Positions 1-7,744 of a DNA stretch of 64,000 nucleotides are shown here, piece by piece. Origin of the DNA: Patescibacteria group bacterium (lineage in GTDB: Bacteria > Patescibacteriota > Saccharimonadia > CAILAD01 > JADZBC01); the NCBI GenBank assembly GCA_052034495.1, contig JBPOIL010000001.1, forward strand, positions 14 to 64,013, given 5' to 3'. Position 1 is the first letter of the stretch. Each line of letters opens with the position of its first letter. The notes under the pieces were generated by a model. That model ran no database searches and had not been told where the DNA came from. It was given only the letters and a program-made list of their open reading frames with translations. The position numbers and the translations under genes were made by a program.

Positions 1-1136
1 TTCGCATCGATGTCCACCGGCTCGAAGCCAAAGGCATCGTTGCCGTACCACTTGCGCCCTGCTGCCCAGTTGACCATATCGCGTTGCTTGGTAGCGACGC
101 TGATGGGGTACACAGGGCCGGGGATCTCCCCGGACCTGACCGAACGCTTGTACTCGATGGCCGGCGAACCGGACTCCGAGCCACGCACCACGATGACGCC
201 CGCGGGCACTTCGATGCTGCGCGCACCATTCCACCGATCGGTCTTGACCGGCATCACGATTACGGGGTTGTCACCCGAGTCGCAGTAGCCGTAGACGTCG
301 CTGAGATCCCAGTGCACGTTGGCGCTGACTTCCTCCCGGATACGGTCCGAGAGGCTGTTGGCGTAATTGCCCGTGATGGCTGCGTCGAGGCGGTTCTTGC
401 CCTCGAAGCGACACTGGTGGACCTTCCCAGCGTCACCATTCCACTCGACGATGCTGTCGATGTGGACGCGCTTGCCTTCGCCGTCGCGGACAGCCGTCCA
501 CTTCCCCTTGCCTTCTCGCGAGGAGATGTAGGCGTAGGTATCGTCCAAGATGTCAGCCTTGGACGAGCCAGTGGCACGCTCACTCATGATCCGTTGGGCG
601 CCAGCCAGCGAGGCGGGGCGCTCTTCGAAACCACTTGCGAGGTAGTTCGTGGGCTTGCCGGCCACGATCTTGGCCGGACCAACGTCATGTCCACCCTCGA
701 GCAGCCGAGCAAGGATGCGCGGAGGCGCGTCCTTATCAGCGTACTCGATCGAGACCGAACGCACGAACGGCGCAGCCTCGAGCTTGGAGTCGGTTCCCGT
801 GACGAAGCCCGCAGGCATGGCCATCAGGATGAACGACACGCAAGCAACCACGGCGGTAACCGTGATCAACACGCCCGGCAAGGAATTCTCATCCTCGTCG
901 TATGACGTGAAGGCGGCAACGCCGAAGCAGATCGCCACCCAAATCAGGCTGAACACCTGACCGGAACGTGACATCGGCGACATGCCGACCTCGTAGGAGC
1001 GCCAGACGGAGTAACCCGCCTGCTCCCACATGAGCCCGGTGATAGCGGCGATGAGCCACCAGACCAGGGCAAGTGCGGCCAGGCCGCCGAACGCGATGAG
1101 GGTCGCGTAACCCAGTTTCTTCAACACGAAGATCAT
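1..1136 (-). CDS. Hypothetical membrane protein, partial (runs off window edge): MIFVLKKLGYATLIAFGGLAALALVWW..., three N-terminal hydrophobic segments then a soluble domain
   Basis: Read by hand: AAGGAG upstream of ATG at 1136 (GTG three codons on is an alternative start), open frame to position 1, GC-ending codon bias. Missing from the ORF track because it has no stop inside the window. Confidence 0.85.
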   Translation of the reverse strand, partial: MIFVLKKLGYATLIAFGGLAALALVWWLIAAITGLMWEQAGYSVWRSYEVGMSPMSRSGQVFSLIWVAICFGVAAFTSYDEDENSLPGVLITVTAVVACVSFILMAMPAGFVTGTDSKLEAAPFVRSVSIEYADKDAPPRILARLLEGGHDVGPAKIVAGKPTNYLASGFEERPASLAGAQRIMSERATGSSKADILDDTYAYISSREGKGKWTAVRDGEGKRVHIDSIVEWNGDAGKVHQCRFEGKNRLDAAITGNYANSLSDRIREEVSANVHWDLSDVYGYCDSGDNPVIVMPVKTDRWNGARSIEVPAGVIVVRGSESGSPAIEYKRSVRSGEIPGPVYPISVATKQRDMVNWAAGRKWYGNDAFGFEPVDIDA

Positions 1137-1323
1137 TCTCCTTGTGGAGGTACGAGCGATTCGGTCGCCGACCGGGATGACGGATGTATGTCCGTCCCAT
1201 TGCGCTCTTCGATCCTAAGCAAAGAGAATGTATGGGACTCCTAGATAATTCCTGTATGATCCCCTAGTTTGATTTCGACGTTTAAGCCCAAATCGCCCGC
1301 GGGGATATTTTTTTGCGCCTATT

Positions 1324-1488
1324 TCACCACTCCCAGATCACGTAATTCATCCACCAGTAGATGGAAAACCACAGACCCGCTAGGAGCAGCATGATGGCGA
1401 CGATGATGGAAGGCCATCCAAAGTCTTTGCGGCGCAGGATTACCCGTGCGACTATCCACAAGACGGAGGCCAAGACCATGTAGCGCAT
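1324..1488 (-). CDS. Small hydrophobic Trp-rich protein, 54 aa (MRYMVLASVLWIVARVILRRKDFGWPSIIVAIMLLLAGLWFSIYWWMNYVIWEW)
   Basis: GAAAGG SD before ATG; two hydrophobic segments; below the ORF-track cutoff. Confidence 0.65.
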   Translation of the reverse strand: MRYMVLASVLWIVARVILRRKDFGWPSIIVAIMLLLAGLWFSIYWWMNYVIWEW

Positions 1489-1755
1489 GTGCTACCTTTC
1501 ATAGACATTTTGGTGCAGCGAGAGCGTCGCTGCCACGCACAATAATAAGGAAATTGTCTTACCTGAGAGGTCTAGGATACCCCCTCATGTCAGGTCACGA
1601 TCCTAAGCGCGGCCGATAAACATGAGAGGAGAAACATTCAGTGCTTCTACCTAGACATTTAATAGCTTGTAATAAAAAGCCCGCTTGCTGGAGCCTTAAG
1701 GCTTGCTCCGTGGCGGGTGTTTTCGATACCTATAGCTATTCAAATGTTGAGAACC

Positions 1756-1784
1756 ATTATAGGGCATTAGTTACGGTTTGTCAA
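1756..1784 (-). promoter_or_regulatory. Perfect-consensus sigma70 promoter TTGACA-N17-TATAAT
   Basis: Exact hexamers at 1784-1779 and 1761-1756. Confidence 0.85.
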
Positions 1785-1842
1785 TACCCTTTTTTGAGGC
1801 TAAATTAAAGATTCTTTAAAAACTTTGCGTATTTATGGCAAC

Positions 1843-1881
1843 GAAAAGAGCCCTCGGCGCAGTGGCCTTGGGCTCTTTTGG
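1843..1881 (-). terminator. Intrinsic terminator downstream of the 120-aa gene
   Basis: AAAAGAGCCC...GGGCTCTTTT inverted repeat. Confidence 0.7.
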
Positions 1882-1962
1882 AAATAAGTTCTGGTGTCGA
1901 GGGGCGGGGTACAGGAACTAGTCCTGACCCCGCCCCTGCCTCGACCCGGCAGCAGGCCTACG

Positions 1963-2325
1963 CTAGGCGTAGATGAAGCTGCGGGAGCGGCCGGGCCACG
2001 GCTCGTCGGCGTCGTCCCATGGGGCGGAACGGCCGCTACGCCGCTTGGCGGCCTTCGTGGGCTTCTCGCCCTCGAAGATGCGCACCTGCCCCCCCTTGGG
2101 GGTCGGGTAGAACGGCTCGGCAACGGCCGGCTCGTTCACCTCGGTGAGGTCGATGACCTCGAGCCGAGCTCGGAGGAACCCGATGGTTCCGCCGAACGTG
2201 TCGTGACGGATGTCGTCACGGTTCCGGCAGTACCCGTGGCGCTTCTTCCGAAGCACGGTCTTCTTCCGCCGGCTGGAGCGCTTGTCGCGCTCCTGATCCT
2301 TGTTGCGCTCTCGAACTGCCTTCAT
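1963..2325 (-). CDS. Hypothetical protein, 120 aa, with very basic N-terminus (MKAVRERNKDQERDKRSSRRKKTVLRKKRHG...)
   Basis: AGGAGG SD, own promoter, GC3-rich codons, 3' hairpins; start reassigned from 2403 to 2325. Confidence 0.75.
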   Translation of the reverse strand: MKAVRERNKDQERDKRSSRRKKTVLRKKRHGYCRNRDDIRHDTFGGTIGFLRARLEVIDLTEVNEPAVAEPFYPTPKGGQVRIFEGEKPTKAAKRRSGRSAPWDDADEPWPGRSRSFIYA

Positions 2326-2374
2326 GATCCCCTCCTGGAGATATAGGTATTGCACGGATAAAACAAGGACTATT

Positions 2375-2403
2375 ATCATACAGCATAAGCGCCATTTTGT
2401 CAA
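2375..2403 (-). promoter_or_regulatory. sigma70 promoter TTGACA-N17-TATGAT
   Basis: Hexamers seen directly upstream of the 2325 start. Confidence 0.8.
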
Positions 2404-2408
2404 TAGAT

Positions 2409-3302
2409 TTAGACGGTTTTTATGATTCTCTTAAATCGGCGGGCAATCTTGCTGCTCTGATCAAGTGCGTGCAAGTTCAGTACGTCAGGTCGAACACGCA
2501 CAAAGGCTTCTTTGGTGTGCATCTTTGGCTGGCCTGCCGTGTGTTTTAAATGCTGGCGGTAACCCTTATTATCTAGCTTGTCCAGGTACGAGAGTCCCCC
2601 ACTGTACACGCGAATGTTAGATTTAGGCCACACGTAATTCGGGAACGCCTCGGCAACATATGGGCTAGATTTAAGCAGCTCAAACCATATGTTCGCACCA
2701 TAAACCGGCTTCGCGAGCATGAGCCAATACGCCAAGTGTGGGTCGTTGGTGGCCATAACATCGCGTTGCCAATTTAGTCCAGCAGTGGTTAAGAACATAC
2801 CCAGGCTAAATCTGCAGGCCTTTTTATTACTGTTCTCCAACTGTCCCAGGAGCTTCAGGCCATACATCAAAATGCCCTTGGTAATGTAGATTCGGTTTGG
2901 CTTAGTAACGACCAGTAAATCAATGTCACTATCGGCTCGCACATTGCCAATCCCCGCACTGTTAACCACCACTACACACTTCACGAACGGCAAAAGTGCA
3001 AACAACCTACCCCAGCGCCGCGCTCTGGCTAGCAAAGCAGCCTGGCGGCGATTCGTTAACTCACGGTGGTGATACGTTTGGCCAGATAGTCTGTAAAACC
3101 CTCCGTTGTCCAGCTCCAACTTGCCGTCTTCGCATAATTGCCGCAGGGCCTCACGAATGGCCAAGTGGCCTGTTTTAATACCCAAGTAACTATTGGCCTC
3201 TGCTTCGCTCAGCGGCATGCCAAAAACTGCGTAATACGCCGCCAGCTGCAAAATGGCCTTCTCTACCCTACGCTCAGTCCGCTCTAGTATCCCCTCGGCC
3301 AT
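2409..3302 (-). CDS. Pol-beta-like nucleotidyltransferase domain protein with N-terminal wHTH-like region
   Basis: NSAGIGNVRADSDIDLLVV resembles the GS-x-DxD NTase motif. Confidence 0.65.
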   Translation of the reverse strand: MAEGILERTERRVEKAILQLAAYYAVFGMPLSEAEANSYLGIKTGHLAIREALRQLCEDGKLELDNGGFYRLSGQTYHHRELTNRRQAALLARARRWGRLFALLPFVKCVVVVNSAGIGNVRADSDIDLLVVTKPNRIYITKGILMYGLKLLGQLENSNKKACRFSLGMFLTTAGLNWQRDVMATNDPHLAYWLMLAKPVYGANIWFELLKSSPYVAEAFPNYVWPKSNIRVYSGGLSYLDKLDNKGYRQHLKHTAGQPKMHTKEAFVRVRPDVLNLHALDQSSKIARRFKRIIKTV

Positions 3303-3305
3303 ATA

Positions 3306-4649
3306 CTAAGACTTCAGGATTTTCATAAGTTCTGTTACTTTTTCGGCAGTATAGGCCGCATCCTTTGATTCCACACTCAAGCGCAAAAGCGGCTCGGTAT
3401 TACTAGGGCGGACATTGAACCACCATTCAGGGTATTCAACCGTTAAGCCATCAAGCTCGTCCTGCACGCCGTCACTATAGGCCATGCGTAGCTCGCGTAG
3501 TTTTGCCTCGGTATCGCCCACCGGCATGTTGATTTCACCTGAATTACTGTAACTGCTTAACCGATCGACCATTTCAGATAAGCTCTGGCCAGACCGAGAT
3601 ACAATGTCGACCGCAACCATAGCAGCAATCAAGCCAGAATCCGCAAACCAGTTGTCTTTGAAGTAGTAATGAGCCGACTGCTCCACTCCTAGGACCGCGC
3701 CATGCTCGTGCATGAGGGCCTTGATGTTGCTATGCCCTACTCTACTGCGTACACCAATGCCCCCTAGGCGCTCAATGGTGTCGGGCATTATGTGGCTCGC
3801 GCGGGCGTCATACACAATCGTTGCCCCAGGCTTTAGTGCCAAGAAGTTCTCGATGAGCAACGCGCCCAAGATTCCAGGGTTAACCGGCCGAGCTTTGTCA
3901 TCAATTAACACAGCCCTATCCCCATCGCCATCAAAGGCAATGCCGACTTCCAGAGCCTTACTGCGCACGGCCTCAACCACATCGGTCAAACCTTCGGGTA
4001 AAGTTGGGTTGGCAGGATGATTCGGAAACGTACCGTCCAGCTCGGTAAACATCTTCTCAATCGTGAACGGCGTTGCTTCTTCGAGCTCGTTAAGCACCAC
4101 GCTAGCCATGCCGTTACCGGCATCAACCGCCATGTGAAGCGGCTTGAGCCTTGGTACGTCCACGAAGCTCAATACGTGCTTAATCCAGCCTCCCCGCACA
4201 TCTAGCTGCTCGTGCTTACCAAGCTTGGTCGTGGCCTTAAACTTCCCACTCTTCACAAGCTTCTTAATGTCACCCAGGCCCGTACGTTCGCCAATGGGCA
4301 CTACTCCCTTGCCACATAGCTTAATGCCATTGTACTTGCCTGGATTATGACTGGCTGTGACCATCGCGCCACCGGCTGCCTTCAGGCTACCAACCGCAAA
4401 GTAGACCATGTCAGTACTCACCAGGCCAATATCAATCACGTCGCGCCCCTGTTCTATGATGCCTTCTATAAGCGCGTGTTGGAGTGCTTCGGAGTCCGTG
4501 CGCATGTCTCGACCTACCACAACCTTGCCATCAGCAGGTAGTGAATCTGCCAGCGCGCGGCCGACCGCATGGGCCACCTCTGGGCTCAGTTCCTCGGGGC
4601 TGAGACCTCGAATGTCGTAGGACTTAAAGATTTCCTCAACAAACTTCAT
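3306..4649 (-). CDS. manB: Phosphomannomutase/phosphoglucomutase
   Basis: FKSYDIRG, TASHNP and FDGDGDR motifs; start at MKFVEEIF (4649). Confidence 0.93.
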   Translation of the reverse strand: MKFVEEIFKSYDIRGLSPEELSPEVAHAVGRALADSLPADGKVVVGRDMRTDSEALQHALIEGIIEQGRDVIDIGLVSTDMVYFAVGSLKAAGGAMVTASHNPGKYNGIKLCGKGVVPIGERTGLGDIKKLVKSGKFKATTKLGKHEQLDVRGGWIKHVLSFVDVPRLKPLHMAVDAGNGMASVVLNELEEATPFTIEKMFTELDGTFPNHPANPTLPEGLTDVVEAVRSKALEVGIAFDGDGDRAVLIDDKARPVNPGILGALLIENFLALKPGATIVYDARASHIMPDTIERLGGIGVRSRVGHSNIKALMHEHGAVLGVEQSAHYYFKDNWFADSGLIAAMVAVDIVSRSGQSLSEMVDRLSSYSNSGEINMPVGDTEAKLRELRMAYSDGVQDELDGLTVEYPEWWFNVRPSNTEPLLRLSVESKDAAYTAEKVTELMKILKS

Positions 4650-4689
4650 ATTTTCATTATAGCCGCACCAGATAAGAACCACAAATTGC

Positions 4690-4718
4690 TTGACAAGCGT
4701 TTTGCGTGGGAGCAAAAT
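4690..4718 (+). promoter_or_regulatory. sigma70 promoter TTGACA-N17-CAAAAT
   Basis: Hexamers upstream of the 4828 ORF, divergent from manB. Confidence 0.65.
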
Positions 4719-4827
4719 ACCCCTAACGCCTAGAGGGTGTCCGGACCGAAAAATCCTGACGCTAACCCCCGAAGCCCGCTGACTGGCAGCCCAACCAGTA
4801 CCACACCGAGACACGAAGGAGCGCTCC

Positions 4828-4959
4828 ATGCGCAAGTTCAAGTTCGGTGGACAGAGCCACTCCCGGGACACCGCCGCGATCCGCGGTGCCCCGGAGTTCG
4901 CCCTCTCCACCCTCGCCATCCCGTCCGACGCCGTGACCCACGCCCTCGAGGGCGGCTGA
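4828..4959 (+). CDS. Small protein, 43 aa (MRKFKFGGQSHSRDTAAIRGAPEFALSTLAIPSDAVTHALEGG)
   Basis: AAGGAG SD 6 nt before ATG; 40 of 43 codons end in G/C; 3' hairpins. Confidence 0.7.
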   Translation: MRKFKFGGQSHSRDTAAIRGAPEFALSTLAIPSDAVTHALEGG

Positions 4960-5111
4960 CCAAGCCGGTCGGCACCGAGACATCACCAGTCGCCCGACCA
5001 AGGCGACACCCAGATCGGCGCGGGGGTGGGCTTCGGCCCACCCCCGGCCAGTCGGCCATACCAAAGAGACCTAGCCTAAGTGCTGGGTCCTCATTCGTTC
5101 AAGGGAGAAAG

Positions 5112-5294
5112 ATGAGCACTTTTAGCGCATCACTATGGGAAAGAAGTCCTGGCGTGCGAATCAAAGACGGCGGAATGACCGTCGCGAACGTCCCATTCAA
5201 CCGCCAAGACACTGCAGATCGACTCGCTGCATGGATCAACAGGGAGGACCTCGAAACCGTCAACGATGGCTCCGAGGCCAAGCCAGCGGAATGA
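5112..5294 (+). CDS. Small hypothetical protein, 60 aa (MSTFSASLWERSPGVRIKDGG...)
   Basis: AAGGGAG SD; followed by hairpin and terminator. Confidence 0.65.
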   Translation: MSTFSASLWERSPGVRIKDGGMTVANVPFNRQDTADRLAAWINREDLETVNDGSEAKPAE

Positions 5295-5310
5295 AGCCCT
5301 CAGAGGGCAC

Positions 5311-5348
5311 AAAAAAAGGACCTAGCAATTACGCTGGGTCCTTCTTCG
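5311..5348. terminator. Terminator AAGGACCTAGC-N6-GCTGGGTCCTT
   Basis: Inverted repeat with A-run before and T-rich tail after. Confidence 0.65.
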
Positions 5349-5383
5349 TATATAGAAGAAGTTTATTGAAATTAAATTATTGC

Positions 5384-5433
5384 AAAAAAAACAGACCCTC
5401 CGTCCGGGCCCCGAAAGGTCCGGACGGCGAGCC
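5384..5433 (-). terminator. Intrinsic terminator closing the 860-nt unit
   Basis: CCGTCCGG/CCGGACGG stem extended by G-U pairs on the minus strand, followed by TGTTTTTTTT. Confidence 0.75.
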
Positions 5434-6244
5434 ATGGCAGCAACCGGCGCTGCAGCGTACCTCCGAGCGTTCCCGCGCTCGAGCCGCAATTCAGCCATGG
5501 GTGGCTGAAACAGGAGTTCGTACTCTCCTGCGCTCCTCGGGGGCCTAGGCCCGCGCCGAGAAGATTGTGGTCCCTGCACCCGATCGCTGGGCGGCGGCTC
5601 CACGCTTAGTCTGCTTCGGGAGCAGAGTCAGAAGCGCAACGCGGCCACCTTCTTGGGTGATTGCGTAAGGATCGACACGATTGCCCTAAGGCGCTCGATT
5701 GACCCCCGTGCATGTACGGGTGCAGGGACGTTTTGGACACCGAAGTGCCTCGAATCGTGAGCCCAGCTTAGGGGCGTCCGGGCTCTCGAGTGCCCTTCTT
5801 CCCCACAGCCGGCCAGCTGCTGGGACTCACGGTTTTGTGCGCAATTATGCGCATAGAGAGGACCCCTCCTCACACGCTATGATGCGGGGAGCTCACCCGA
5901 ATCATAGCGCTTGCTACTTTGCCGATTGATGGTCGGTGTTTTGCTGTGATTCGGGGGTAACTGTACACGGAGCCCAAGGGCTCAGCGTGTAGCGATGGAG
6001 CTCCCCTGGGCTGCTTGGGTATCAGGGACGTCGGCCCTCTACCTAGCGCGGTGGCCGGCCACCTGGCCCAGGGGGAGCAATTGTGCGCAGAGCCATTTAA
6101 GTCTCAACACGCGTCGAGAGGCCCAGCGGGTATTCGATACTAGTTTTGCTGACCACCTGGTGGGTGGGGCTCCACATATTGCGTACCGAGTTGGCCAACT
6201 ACCCCGCATGGGCACATCTTTACGAACTAATGCCTCAAGGAACT
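5385..6244 (-). ncRNA. Candidate large structured non-coding RNA (~860 nt), family not recognised
   Basis: Upstream TTGACA-N18-TATAAT, downstream hairpin plus T8 terminator, no credible ORF, dense array of stems. Confidence 0.6.
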
Positions 6245-6250
6245 AAGCCG

Positions 6251-6280
6251 ATTATATTCCCCGCGATAATTACCTGTCAA
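6251..6280 (-). promoter_or_regulatory. sigma70 promoter TTGACA-N18-TATAAT
   Basis: Both consensus hexamers exact (6280-6275, 6256-6251). Confidence 0.8.
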
Positions 6281-6329
6281 ACGTAATCACTTTGCAGCTA
6301 ACCCGACCTTGGAGCAACAGGATCAATGA

Positions 6330-6560
6330 GTGCGAGACTTCAGCTTCGGCGAGGACTTAGCGTAAGCGATCCCGCAGCCGAATGCTCGTAAGTCGAAGCA
6401 TGAGACGAATCCTTGTTTGCGAACCCGTGGTCGGGAATACTTTTGACTACTTTTGGTATCTTCAAAAGTAGTAATACATAAAGCCATATTTCACTAAGTC
6501 ATTCGTTCTTTTGAAAGGGCCAAAAGAACCTAGAGCCCTTGCGACATAGGGCTCACATCA
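6330..6560. repeat. Cluster of palindromes, REP/MITE-like
   Basis: CTACTTTTG...CAAAAGTAG, GTTCTTTTG...CAAAAGAAC and GAGCCCT...AGGGCTC inverted repeats. Confidence 0.4.
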
Positions 6561-6688
6561 AGGAGTATCTGTTTGTTCTCGCCTATAATGTCGCTCCCAC
6601 TGCAAGTTTGAGGACTCTCGTGGTTAGCTCCGTCTAGGCTCTGAACTCCAGACTTCCTGATGTTCGAATGTCGCGGTTTCAGCGGCAG

Positions 6689-7744
6689 CTAGTAAAAGAG
6701 TTCTTTCTTAATTTTGAACGAATAGGTCGTCGCGAGCCGTTCACCATACTTGGTCCACTTATCATACTTAGCTCGGTCAATTGGTAGATTGTAGACCCCA
6801 ACGTATTCGGTAACTTCTGGGTTAAAGCCAGATTTGAACTGCACCAAGCTCGCAAGCGGGTGCGCTTTGTTCTCGAGTTCACTTTTGGGCGGCATGCCGT
6901 GCAGGTCGTACTCCTCCACTCCGCGCTCCTTAAGCCACTTCATGACTTCCCACTGCATCAAATACGGCGCCATTAAGTTCGTTTTACTACGCGTCGAGCC
7001 GCCGTCCTTATATAGCCCCTTTTTGCCCAGATACAGAGCGAATAGTCCCGAAAGAACCTCCCCTTCGTGCTCAGCAAAGAACAACTGCCCCATGCCACCG
7101 TCCACGTACGCCCTCCAGAAGCTTTCCAAGTAAGACTGGTCGCGCATATAGAACCCAGCGCGGCCCTGTGTAGCCTTAAGCAGCCCGTACATGGTGTCCA
7201 TATTCTCTTTGTTTAGCTCCACCGGTCGAACCGTAACGCCTTTGCGCGCAGCGAGCCGGATGTTATAGCGAGTCTTCTGCTTAAAGCTGGCGATAATATC
7301 GTCCTCACCAGGACGTAAATCAACCAACGTGGTCGATTGGTTCCACTGCAGATTAAACCTTGATTTAACCAACCCGAGCTTTTCCAGCCTAGCCTTCGAC
7401 GCATCCTCCATGAGCAAATCTGGTTCAATTTTGACCATGAAAACACCTTTGTTCTTCACGTATTCACCCACTAAACCAATGAGCTCTTTGAGCTGGGTAA
7501 TGTCTTTTACACCTGGTCCTTTTGGGGTATACCAGATTTCGCCAAGCATCGGCACCTTGCGGGTTAGGAAGGCAACTTCGATCTTCGCACCATCCTTGAG
7601 CTCGGCCACAGCGTAATGCGCCGGCCATTTATGGGTAGCCTTAAAGTCCCCGTATGCCCTGGTCTGTAGTATGTTCCCGCCATCAGGGTTATTGATAATG
7701 TCTTTGTCCCAGGCATTGAGCTCGTCAATTGTTGCTTGGTGCAT
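6689..7744 (-). CDS. FemAB/FemX (MurM-like) peptidoglycan bridge aminoacyltransferase
   Basis: ILQT, YTPKGP, KTRYNIRLAARKGV, YLMQWE and FKSGF motifs. Confidence 0.9.
   Translation of the reverse strand: MHQATIDELNAWDKDIINNPDGGNILQTRAYGDFKATHKWPAHYAVAELKDGAKIEVAFLTRKVPMLGEIWYTPKGPGVKDITQLKELIGLVGEYVKNKGVFMVKIEPDLLMEDASKARLEKLGLVKSRFNLQWNQSTTLVDLRPGEDDIIASFKQKTRYNIRLAARKGVTVRPVELNKENMDTMYGLLKATQGRAGFYMRDQSYLESFWRAYVDGGMGQLFFAEHEGEVLSGLFALYLGKKGLYKDGGSTRSKTNLMAPYLMQWEVMKWLKERGVEEYDLHGMPPKSELENKAHPLASLVQFKSGFNPEVTEYVGVYNLPIDRAKYDKWTKYGERLATTYSFKIKKELFY

Noticed and set aside
10-1200. ORF-track calls 10-288, 84-905, 260-583, 649-960 and 889-1200
   Set aside because: Shadow frames of the GC3-rich minus-strand gene ending at 1136; no SD, and composition typical of antisense frames.
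4650-4919. N-terminal extension of manB (likewise extensions of valS, NUDIX, GNAT, the 16443 ORF and yidD)
   Set aside because: Extensions run through promoters, tRNAs or other genes; family motifs start at the downstream ATG.
5768-5854. 28-aa minus-strand ORF (MRIIAHKTVSP...) behind GAGGAGG inside the structured region
   Set aside because: SD and start are buried in hairpins, there is no codon bias and the spacing is long. Not called, though not excluded.
5385-6244. RNase P RNA, tmRNA, 6S or group II intron as the identity of the structured region
   Set aside because: No GAGGAAAGTCC P4 motif, no tRNA-like ends with CCA, no recognisable domain V or host exon, and too long for 6S. By-eye judgement only; a covariance search is still needed.
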